From Niallia tiangongensis (GTDB lineage: Bacteria; Bacillota; Bacilli; Bacillales; Cytobacillaceae): a stretch of 24,000 bases of DNA. Numbering within the stretch: the stretch's first letter is position 1; the number at the start of each line of letters is the position of its first letter. Both the position numbers and the translations under genes were made by a program. Shown one piece after another: positions 1-8,069 of this stretch. Under the pieces are notes generated by a model, which had not been told where the DNA came from, did not search any database, and was given only the letters and a program-made list of their open reading frames with translations. The DNA lies in the NCBI RefSeq assembly GCF_044704065.1, contig NZ_CP162613.1:4660031-4684030 (forward strand), given 5' to 3'.

Positions 1-338
1 AAACCCTGTACAGGATTTACTTTCAGCCCAATATTGGAATCGGAGAACTAGCTACGAAATTATCATTAACCAAAAGCACCGTTAGCGGAATTATCGATCG
101 ACTATCCCAAAGACAATTAATCGAACGAACCATTCCTGAAGACAATCGTCGAGTGGTAAACATCCAATTAACGGCAGAAGGAAACAAGGTAATGGAACAA
201 TATTTCGCTGGAACGTCCATCCTCGCTAACAAAGTGAGAGAAGTTATGGAGCTTTCAGAAGAAGAAATAAACAAAATACTAGAACTAAATGGGAAAATAT
301 TAGCCATTTTAAATGAATTGGAGGAGGAACAGCAATGA
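1..338 (+). CDS. MarR-family transcriptional regulator, C-terminal part (gene begins upstream of window)
   Basis: The frame of ORF 153..338 is open to the left edge and reads ...ELATKLSLTKSTVSGIIDRLSQRQLIERTIPEDNRRVVNIQLTAEGNKVME..., a typical MarR winged-helix with DRR wing. Its stop overlaps the start of the adaptor gene. Confidence 0.88.
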   Translation, partial: TLYRIYFQPNIGIGELATKLSLTKSTVSGIIDRLSQRQLIERTIPEDNRRVVNIQLTAEGNKVMEQYFAGTSILANKVREVMELSEEEINKILELNGKILAILNELEEEQQ

Positions 339-985
339 ATAACAAACGCATGATTTTATTAAATATTATCCTTTTAGTCGTTTTAGTAGGAGGAGGATTT
401 GCCGGTTATTACTTTTACGATCAATCGGTTTCCTATATTAAAACAGATAATGCCCAAATTGCCGGCCAACAAATCAGCATCGCTTCACCAGCTACCGGAA
501 AATTGAAGGAATGGAAAGGCGAAACAGGAACAACTTTTAGCAAAAACCAAAAAATTGGTACTGTAGCAGTTGTAACAGAATCAGGTACAACAGATATGGA
601 TATTACCGTTCCAGAAAATAGCACCATCGTTCAATCAACTGCCGTGCCAAATACCTTTATCGCAGCAGGAACATCCCTTGCAAAAAGCTATGATTTAGAA
701 AACCTTTGGGTTACAGCAAACGTCGACGAAACAGACATCAACAAAGTAAAAGTCGGCCAAGAAGTAGATTTATACGTAGATTCCTATCCAGATACCGTAC
801 TAACAGGTAAAGTAGACAGCCTAGGACTTGCAACAGCAGGCACCTTCTCCCTACTGCCAAGCAACAACAGCTCAGGAAACTACACAAAAGAAACACAAGT
901 CATTCCCGTAACCATCTCCATTGACAATTACGGCGGCCTAAAACTAATTCCAGGTATGAACGTTTCCGTAAGAATTCATAAGTAG
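335..985 (+). CDS. HlyD/EmrA-type membrane fusion (efflux adaptor) protein
   Basis: N-terminal TM segment (IILLNIILLVVLVGGGFAGYYF), lipoyl-like and beta-barrel segments (TDNAQIAGQQISIASPATGKL, LWVTANVDETDINKVKVGQEVDLYVDSYPD). Overlaps the MarR gene and directly precedes the MFS gene. Confidence 0.88.
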   Translation: MNNKRMILLNIILLVVLVGGGFAGYYFYDQSVSYIKTDNAQIAGQQISIASPATGKLKEWKGETGTTFSKNQKIGTVAVVTESGTTDMDITVPENSTIVQSTAVPNTFIAAGTSLAKSYDLENLWVTANVDETDINKVKVGQEVDLYVDSYPDTVLTGKVDSLGLATAGTFSLLPSNNSSGNYTKETQVIPVTISIDNYGGLKLIPGMNVSVRIHK

Positions 986-2977
986 GTGATGGACATGACC
1001 ACTTACATCACAAGCTATATTATCGGAAGCATACTCCTGCTACTCATCATCAATCTTTTTTTACGAAAAAAGAAAACAGTGGCGAAACAAGAAAACGTCC
1101 TAGATGATGCCAAGCGGAATAATGACATTCAGCCATCCCTTGGAAAATCGGATCTAGCTGAACCTGTAGAAGCGTCTAAGGAAGCGGATAAGTCGAAAGC
1201 TCCTTTTGAAAAAGTGGAGGCTATGGAAGAAAAGAATCTAGCTGAAATGCCGGAAGCTAATAAACCGAATGCCACTTTTGAACAGGTAGAGGCTATGGGA
1301 GAAGAGGATCTAGCTGAAATGCCGGAAACCACTAAAGCGAAGTCTCCTTTTGAAAAGGTGGAGGCTATGGAAGAAAAGGACGCATCCGAAGAGGCAGAAC
1401 GTTCTGCGGAATCCAATAAACCGAAAGCTCCTTATAAACCATTGGAAACTGCCGAAGAAATCAACCGCGGCAAAGTAATCGTCGCCCTTATGCTCGGCGC
1501 ATTTGTCGCAATTCTTAATCAGACTTTACTAAATGTGGCCATTCCACATATTATGAATGATTTAAATGTATCGACAAGCACTGTCCAATGGCTATCCACT
1601 GGATATATGCTGACAAATGGAGTGTTTATCCCAATCACCCCATTTTTGATTAATAAACTAGGAACAAGGAAATTGCTTATTGCAGCGATTTCTGCTTTTA
1701 CCATCGGTTCGATTGTGTGCGCCACCTCTGTTGGATTTTCGATGCTCTTAATTGGACGCATCATTCAAGCAGCAGGAGCAGGTTTATTAATGCCACTTTT
1801 GATGACCGTCTTTTTAATTATTTTCCCACCAGAAAAACGCGGAACAGCGATGGGGATTATGGGTGTTGTGATGATTTTCGCTCCTGCCATCGGTCCAACT
1901 TTATCAGGCTGGTTAATAGGTCATTATTCTTGGAGAGTATTATTCGAGCTTGTTATTCCAATTGGCATCCTCGATTTAATTATCGCCCTTGCATGGATGA
2001 AGGATGTAACAAAAGTTTCGAATCCAGTCTTTGATACGATTGGCTTTATCACTTGTACCGTCGGCCTAGGGTCCTTGCTTTACGGATTCAGTGAAGCAGG
2101 AAATAATGGCTGGGACAGCAGCGTTGTTGTTCTTTCTCTAATTATTGGCGTTATATTCTTATGCCTATTCGTCTGGAGAGAACTTACAACCGAAGCGCCT
2201 ATGGTTGACTTGCGTGTATTCAAATATAGTATCTTTACCTTAACAACCTTAATAAGCATGATTGTCAATATGGCCATGTTCGCAGCAATGCTGCTTCTAC
2301 CTATTTACTTACAAAATATCCGTGGCTTCACGGCACTGGATTCTGGATTATTAATGTTGCCAGGTGCAATCATCATGGGAATCATGTCCCCGATTGCTGG
2401 AAAGCTATTTGACCGATTTGGCGCAAGACCACTCGCGATCATCGGCCTAATTATCACGGTACTCACTACATGGGGATTCACGCAATTAACGATGCAAACA
2501 TCCTATTCCCATTTAATGATGCTCTATATTTTCCGGATGTTTGGTATGTCCTTTATTATGATGACGGTTATGACAGAAGGTATGAATCAGTTACCATTAA
2601 GCTTAACAAGCCACGGTACCGCCGTATCCAACACAACAAGAACCGTTGCCGGAAGTATCGGTACTGCCTTCTTGATCACAGTCATGACAAATCGTACAGC
2701 ATTTCATTTAGATAACTATAACAACATTATCTCTTCTGCAAATCCGTATATTGCAGAGAAGTTTGCTCAGCTTGGTCAAGGTTTAGCAGGGCTTACCGGA
2801 TTACCAACAGGGGCTGGCCAAACCCTAGCTATTTCCACTATTTATGGAAAAGCAGCACAAGCATCTACGATTAGCGGCATTAACGATGCATTTATCGTGG
2901 CAACGATTATTGCTAGTGTTGCGTTGGTTCTTTCTCTGTTTATCCGTAGAGCCACAACCAGTTCTAAAGATAGTTAA
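986..2977 (+). CDS. DHA2/EmrB-QacA-type MFS multidrug exporter with about 150-aa N-terminal extension (extra TM helix plus acidic repeats)
   Basis: From about aa 155 reads RGKVIVALMLGAFVAILNQTLLNVAIPHIMNDLNVSTSTVQWLSTGYML..., the hallmark of the 14-TM DHA2 family. GTG start at 986 abuts the TAG of the adaptor. Alternative ATG starts at 989 and 995. Confidence 0.92.
   Translation: MMDMTTYITSYIIGSILLLLIINLFLRKKKTVAKQENVLDDAKRNNDIQPSLGKSDLAEPVEASKEADKSKAPFEKVEAMEEKNLAEMPEANKPNATFEQVEAMGEEDLAEMPETTKAKSPFEKVEAMEEKDASEEAERSAESNKPKAPYKPLETAEEINRGKVIVALMLGAFVAILNQTLLNVAIPHIMNDLNVSTSTVQWLSTGYMLTNGVFIPITPFLINKLGTRKLLIAAISAFTIGSIVCATSVGFSMLLIGRIIQAAGAGLLMPLLMTVFLIIFPPEKRGTAMGIMGVVMIFAPAIGPTLSGWLIGHYSWRVLFELVIPIGILDLIIALAWMKDVTKVSNPVFDTIGFITCTVGLGSLLYGFSEAGNNGWDSSVVVLSLIIGVIFLCLFVWRELTTEAPMVDLRVFKYSIFTLTTLISMIVNMAMFAAMLLLPIYLQNIRGFTALDSGLLMLPGAIIMGIMSPIAGKLFDRFGARPLAIIGLIITVLTTWGFTQLTMQTSYSHLMMLYIFRMFGMSFIMMTVMTEGMNQLPLSLTSHGTAVSNTTRTVAGSIGTAFLITVMTNRTAFHLDNYNNIISSANPYIAEKFAQLGQGLAGLTGLPTGAGQTLAISTIYGKAAQASTISGINDAFIVATIIASVALVLSLFIRRATTSSKDS
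1190..1400 (+). repeat. In-frame 72-bp (24-aa) tandem repeat inside the MFS gene, about 2.8 copies
   Basis: 'gtggaggctatgg'/'gtagaggctatgg' recurs at 1214, 1286 and 1358 (72 bp apart). Protein: PFEKVEAMEEKNLAEMPEANKPNA / TFEQVEAMGEEDLAEMPETTKAKS / PFEKVEAMEEKDASEE. Confidence 0.9.
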
Positions 2978-2994
2978 TAAAGGCAGTATTTCCA

Positions 2995-3028
2995 TCCCAG
3001 AGCATAGTAGTTGCTCTGGGATTTTTTT
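2995..3028 (+). terminator. Rho-independent terminator after the MFS gene
   Basis: TCCCAGAGCA-tagtagt-TGCTCTGGGA followed by TTTTTTT. Confidence 0.9.
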
Positions 3029-3076
3029 GGTGGGGATGGGGGATGTGGAATGGGGGGTTCATTGCTTTGATGAACA

Positions 3077-3900
3077 TCTCTTTTTCTTGCTTTCGGGCAC
3101 AGAGACGGCTCCTCTGTTACCTTTTCCTCTTCTTTTTCTTGCTTTCGGGCACAGAGACGGCTTCTCTGTTACCTTCTCCTCTTCTTTTTCTTGCTTTCGG
3201 GCACAGAGACGGCTTCTCTGTTACCTTTTCCTCTTCTTTTTCTTGCTTTCGGGCACAGAGACGGCTTCTCTGTTACCTTCTCCTCTTCTTTTCCTTGCTC
3301 TCGGGCACAGAGACGGCTTCTCTGTTACCTTCTCCTCTTCTTTTCCTTGCTCTCGGGCACAGAGACGGCTTCTCTGTTACCTTCTCCTCTTCTTTTTCTG
3401 CTCTCGGGCACAGAGACGGCTCCTCTGTTACCTTCTCCTCTTCTTTTCCTTGCTCTCGGGCACAGAGACGGCTCCTCTGTTACCTTCTCCTCTTCTTTTT
3501 CTTGCTCTCGGGCACAGAGACGGCTCCTCTGTTACCTTCTCCTCTTCTTTTTCTTGCTTTCGGGCACAGAGACGGCTTCTCTGTTACCTTCTCCTCTTCT
3601 TTTCCTTGCTTTCGGGCACAGAGACGGCTTCTCTGTTACCTTCTCCTCTTCTTTTCCTTGCTCTCGGGCACAGAGACGGCTTCTCTGTTACCTTCTCCTC
3701 TTCTTTTTCTTGCTTTCGGGCACAGAGACGGCTTCTCTGTTACCTTTTCCTCTTCTTTTCCTTGCTCTCGGGCACAGAGACGGCTCCTCTGTTACCTTCT
3801 CCTCTTCTTTTTCTTGCTCTCGGGCACAGAGACGGCTTCTCTGTTACCTTCTCCTCTTCTTTTCCTTGCTCTCGGGCACAGAGACGGCTTCTCTGTTACC
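3077..3900. repeat. 52-bp tandem repeat array, 16 copies of the hairpin core
   Basis: Consensus GGGCACAGAGACGGCTTCTCTGTTACCTTCTCCTCTTCTTTTTCTTGCTTTC. GGGCAC starts at 3095, 3147, 3199, 3251, 3303, 3355, 3406, 3458, 3510, 3562, 3614, 3666, 3718, 3770, 3822 and 3874; every step is 52 bp except one of 51. Confidence 0.97.
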
Positions 3901-4050
3901 CTCAAACCGGCTTTTTAGACTCTTCTTCCATCAAAACCCCATCTTTCAAATTCATCTAATAACTTCAGCAGTTCTCCCCCATACTCTTTCACACTTCCCC
4001 CCACAAAAAAAGAAACACTCCCCAAAAGAAATGTTTCTCTCCCAGTTTTA

Positions 4051-5040
4051 TTATTGATAATACCCTTTTATCAGCTGGTCCATTACCCAATTTGTTCTTG
4101 CTCCACTTTCACCTGTGCTAGGGCTAGTTCCTTTTCCAGTTAACTCATCTACCATCAATTGAATCAGATGCTGTTGGATGTGGCGGGGATTTTCGATGAC
4201 CCACTCTTCCGTTGCCCCCACAGTTGTTAAGGTTATTGGGCCGTTTCCAAAGGTTGCGAAGGTAAGTTTGCCTTTGCTTCCGACGATTTCGTTTTCGTCG
4301 ATATGGTCGTGGGCGCTGAAACACCAAGTGCCTGTCCCATGAATGCCTGACTCAAATAGGTAGGTGCCGGTTACGATATCTTCTGCTTGGTAGCTCCCAT
4401 TTTGATTCGATGCGAACCCTTTTGCTTCTTTAATTGGTCCAAACAAGAAATCAAGAATATCCAATGTATGACTAGCTAGATCAAGGAAAAGTCCACCGCC
4501 AGCGAGCTCGGGCTGCACTCTCCATGCTTGATCGTCATTTAGCGGAGGCTGATATTGAATCGTCCGCACAAATCGAATATCACCTAATACGCCGCTGTCG
4601 ATGATCTCTTTTATTTTCAAAAAACGAGGAAGTGCTCGTCGATAATAGGCTACAAATAAAGGGACTTCTGCTTGTTTACATACTTCAATCATCTCAAGGC
4701 ATTCCTGATAATTTCTTGCCATCGGTTTTTCCACATACACCGGTTTGCCTGCTTTAGCCGCAAGAATGGTGTATTCCTTATGAAAACCTGGAGGGGTAGC
4801 GATATAAACAGCGTCAACTTCTGGATCATTAATCAGAGCTACGGCATCGTCATACCATTTTGGAACGTTATGGCGCTTGGCATAATCCTTGGCTAATTCG
4901 CCATTTCTTCTCATTACCGCCACTAGCTTCGAATTTTCCGCTCGTTGAAAGCCTGGTCCGCTCTTGACCTCTGTTACATCTCCACAGCCAATAATTCCCC
5001 ATCGAACTTCCTTTTCAAATAATTTCATCTTTGTATTCAC
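4051..5040 (-). CDS. Gfo/Idh/MocA-family oxidoreductase
   Basis: EVRWGIIGCGDVTEVKSGPGFQ... Rossmann start, DAVYIATPPGFH and GKPVYVEKPMARN motifs. Confidence 0.92.
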   Translation of the reverse strand: MNTKMKLFEKEVRWGIIGCGDVTEVKSGPGFQRAENSKLVAVMRRNGELAKDYAKRHNVPKWYDDAVALINDPEVDAVYIATPPGFHKEYTILAAKAGKPVYVEKPMARNYQECLEMIEVCKQAEVPLFVAYYRRALPRFLKIKEIIDSGVLGDIRFVRTIQYQPPLNDDQAWRVQPELAGGGLFLDLASHTLDILDFLFGPIKEAKGFASNQNGSYQAEDIVTGTYLFESGIHGTGTWCFSAHDHIDENEIVGSKGKLTFATFGNGPITLTTVGATEEWVIENPRHIQQHLIQLMVDELTGKGTSPSTGESGARTNWVMDQLIKGYYQ

Positions 5041-5106
5041 CTCGCTTATTCATTCGCTCTTCCCTCTTGAAAACCCTTTATTATTAATAAAATTTGTCTA
5101 GTCAAA

Positions 5107-6015
5107 TCAGATTTTTATCACTTGTCCTGCATAGATAAGATTAATATTCTTAATCTGCGGATTCTTTGCTTGGATTGCGTGAATGGTGGTACTATAGGTT
5201 TTCGCAATTTTCGTTAAGGTTTCGCCACTTGATACAATATGTATCGTTTCTTGGTGGGGATTAATCCAAGATCCAGGTTTTCCTTCCGCTTTCGTGACAT
5301 TTATCATTCCTTGGGATGTATTAAAAATAGAATAGGCTCCCGGCTTGACGGTTCCCTTTTGATTTTTGCCAGCTTTGGCATCTGCTGCTGTCATAAAAGC
5401 GCCTGTTTCCTGCTGAACGGTATACTCACTGATCTTTGCAGTTTCCGCGCCCCAATGTCCTGGACTTTGCATAATCCGATTGCGATCGATATTGACGCCT
5501 TCAATGATAATATTATTTTCGTGCTGATACATATGAATAAATGGGGCAACCTCTCCCCGGGACCATGCATAGGTTTGCCAAAAATAATCGGCATCGTTCT
5601 TCATCGCATACATCACTGCATAAGATCCATAGATCCCTACCTTGTAGGACGTCAGCTGCTTTTTCACGGCTAAAAAATAGGTTTGGATAATCGACATTTG
5701 CTTACCTGTCATATCACAATCGACGGCAAAATAGATTGCTGTTCCTTCTGGTTGGCCGACTGCTTTCGCCCATTTTTCTGCGTCTATTCCATCTGCTATT
5801 CCTTGCTTTTCAGTAAAATAAGAAAGTTTATTGGCGCTTTTTTGAAAAATACTAATTAGCTTGATCCCAGTTTTTTGGATGATCTCCGCCTCTTTTTTAT
5901 CAAATGACTTCCAGCTATCACCTAAATATCGCGCCGCATATTCAAAGCCTGCCCTCTTTAAATCCCTCGCCATTTTCTCTGTTAATTTCGTCGCACAATC
6001 AAATCCTAGTGTCAT
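5107..6015 (-). CDS. DUF1906 (Rv2525c-like) glycoside-hydrolase-like domain protein with C-terminal LysM domain
   Basis: N-terminus TLGFDCATKLTEKMARDLKRAGFEYAARYLG...GTAIYFAVDCDM...VGIYGSYAVM. C-terminus HIVSSGETLTKIAKTYSTTIHAIQAKNPQIKNINLIYAGQVIKI is a LysM repeat. Confidence 0.82.
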   Translation of the reverse strand: MTLGFDCATKLTEKMARDLKRAGFEYAARYLGDSWKSFDKKEAEIIQKTGIKLISIFQKSANKLSYFTEKQGIADGIDAEKWAKAVGQPEGTAIYFAVDCDMTGKQMSIIQTYFLAVKKQLTSYKVGIYGSYAVMYAMKNDADYFWQTYAWSRGEVAPFIHMYQHENNIIIEGVNIDRNRIMQSPGHWGAETAKISEYTVQQETGAFMTAADAKAGKNQKGTVKPGAYSIFNTSQGMINVTKAEGKPGSWINPHQETIHIVSSGETLTKIAKTYSTTIHAIQAKNPQIKNINLIYAGQVIKI

Positions 6016-6185
6016 ATCAACAACTCCTTTTTTCTTTCATATAGAAAAAAAGCTAGCAATGGGACAGGAAAGGAGCTAACTTTTTCCTATTTTATATAAA
6101 AGATATTCCGTATTGCTATTCCATATAAGCAATTGAATAAGAATTACCCATTCTTATCAAACTAAAGAAAAAAAGGGTGATTTTT

Positions 6186-6362
6186 ATGACCAACTTGTTG
6201 AACATGTTGCTGACAAACTTATTTTCTTCCTATTTACTCCATCGTAATTTGCATTGGCACCGTAAGCTTGTCGTGCTCGCTATTCCTTTATTTATGCTTT
6301 TCATGATTGTGCAGGCTGAGTACATCGTTGCCCGTTTGAAAAAGAATACCCTTCATTTATAA
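6186..6362 (+). CDS. Small hypothetical membrane protein (about 58 aa)
   Basis: ATG at 6186 preceded by AGGGTGA. MTNLLNMLLTNLFSSYLLHRNLHWHRKLVVLAIPLFMLFMIVQAEYIVARLKKNTLHL contains one clear hydrophobic helix. Confidence 0.5.
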   Translation: MTNLLNMLLTNLFSSYLLHRNLHWHRKLVVLAIPLFMLFMIVQAEYIVARLKKNTLHL

Positions 6363-6375
6363 ATCATTTTACAAA

Positions 6376-6408
6376 AAACACCACAACCATGGAAAAGTTG
6401 TAGTGTTT
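6376..6408. terminator. Likely bidirectional terminator
   Basis: AAAACACCACAAC-catggaaaa-GTTGTAGTGTTTTC: inverted repeat flanked by A and T tracts between convergent genes. Confidence 0.8.
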
Positions 6409-6419
6409 TCTTTTGCTTC

Positions 6420-7409
6420 TTATCCCTTTAATACACGATCAATTGCGGCAAGCTCTTCTTCGCTGAAGTGAATGTTGTCTAACGCTTTGACATTATCTTC
6501 AATTTGACTAACTTTACTTGCACCGATAAGAACACTTGTCACGATACCATCGCGAAGGATCCAAGCAACAGCCATTTCCGCAAGTGTCTGCCCGCGGTCC
6601 TTTGCAATATTGTTTAGTGCTTTTACTTTTTCAATCGTCTGCTCCACATTCTCTTTATGTAGCCAACGTCCTGTTTCTCGATTTGCCCGTGAATCCTCTG
6701 GAATGCCGTTCAAATAGCGATCTGTCAATAGACCTTGTGCAAGTGGACTAAACGCAATTGCTCCAAGCTGCTTTTCAACTAGTACATCCTTCAAGCCATC
6801 TTCAATCCCGCGATTAAACATGCTGTAGGATGGTTGGTGAATAATAAATGGCGTTTTTTTCGCTTCAAAAATTTCTGCCATTTCTCTTGTTTGCTCTGGG
6901 GTATAGTTAGAAACCCCAACATACAGCGCCTTTCCTTGACGTACTAATAAATCCAAAGCCTCTGCTGTTTCCTCTAATGGCGTTTCTGTATCTGGACGAT
7001 GGTGGTAATAAATATCTACATAATCAAGCCCCATACGCTTTAAGCTTTGGTCAAGACTGGATACTAAATACTTTTTCGAACCTCCATCCCCATAAGGACC
7101 TTTCCACATTGGATAACCAGCTTTTGTTGAAATGATGAGTTCATCCCGATAAGGCTTCATATCCTTTTCCAAGATTTTCGCAAAATTCTCCTCCGCACTA
7201 CCAGCTGGGGGACCATAGTTATTCGCCAAATCAAAATGAGTAATCCCTAAGTCAAAAGCTCTTCTCACTAAGGCACGCATATTTTCAAAGAAATCCACCT
7301 CCCCGAAATTATGCCAAAGCCCTAAAGATAGCGCCGATAATTTCAAGCCACTTTTTCCAACACGATTGTACATCATCTTTTCATATCTATTTTCATCTGC
7401 AATATACAT
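6420..7409 (-). CDS. Aldo/keto reductase (YghZ-like)
   Basis: MYNRVGKSGLKLSALSLGLWHNFG, FDLANNYGPPAGSAEENF, LDYVDIYYHHRPD motifs. I prefer the start at 7409 (RBS AGAGGG) over the track start at 7448. Confidence 0.9.
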   Translation of the reverse strand: MYIADENRYEKMMYNRVGKSGLKLSALSLGLWHNFGEVDFFENMRALVRRAFDLGITHFDLANNYGPPAGSAEENFAKILEKDMKPYRDELIISTKAGYPMWKGPYGDGGSKKYLVSSLDQSLKRMGLDYVDIYYHHRPDTETPLEETAEALDLLVRQGKALYVGVSNYTPEQTREMAEIFEAKKTPFIIHQPSYSMFNRGIEDGLKDVLVEKQLGAIAFSPLAQGLLTDRYLNGIPEDSRANRETGRWLHKENVEQTIEKVKALNNIAKDRGQTLAEMAVAWILRDGIVTSVLIGASKVSQIEDNVKALDNIHFSEEELAAIDRVLKG

Positions 7410-7525
7410 GGTTTCCCTCTTTTCTCCTTTTTTATCGTTTACTAACATTATTTATGTACTTCTTTCTTGGTGTATGGGATGAACGATTTGCGAGACTTTA
7501 TGGTGATTCTTATGTTGATAAGCTC

Positions 7526-8065
7526 TTTTTTTGTGTGCGAATGCACGTTTACTTGGGAGTCAGTGGCTTTTATTTGCGGCTTTGCCTTTTTACTTGTGGG
7601 TTAGCCTCTTTTATTTGCGGCTTTCACACTTTTTCTTGCAACTTTGCATCTTTTATTTGCGACTTGCCTTCTTTTTCTTGCGGCTTCATCACTTTCACTT
7701 GCGGCTTTGCCTCTTATACTTGCACCTTCACCTCTTTTTCTTGCGGATTTACCTTTTATTTACAGCTTAGCCTCTTTTTTTTTGCGGCTTTCACACTTTT
7801 TCTTGCGACTTTGCCTCTTTTATTTGCAGCTTCACCACTTTTTCTTGCGGCTTGCCTTCTTTTACTTGCAGCTTCACCACTTTTTCTTGCGGCTTTACCT
7901 CTTTCACTTGCAGCTTCACCACTCTTACTTGTGGATTTACCTTTTATTTACAGCTTAGCCTCTTTCACTTGCAACTTCACCACTTTTTCTTGCGGCTTCA
8001 CCACTCTTACTTGCAACTCTAACAATTTTACTTACGACTCTCCCAATTACTTGCAAATCCAACTC
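7526..8065. repeat. Degenerate 21-bp tandem repeat array, about 25 units (family A)
   Basis: Units such as TTTTTCTTGCGGCTTCACCAC / TTTTATTTGCGGCTTTCACAC / TTTTACTTGCAGCTTCACCAC run head-to-tail to within a few bp of the ROK stop codon. Confidence 0.93.
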
Positions 8066-8069
8066 GCCT

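Noticed and set aside
3077-3900. CRISPR array
   Set aside because: Units abut directly with no unique spacers, unit variants are scattered transitions, and no cas genes are present.
5239-5673. Forward ORF opposite the DUF1906-LysM gene (and similar antisense ORFs such as 1129..1416, 2844..., 9397..9822, 20501..20851)
   Set aside because: Antisense or alternate-frame ORFs inside well-supported genes, with no recognisable family or RBS.
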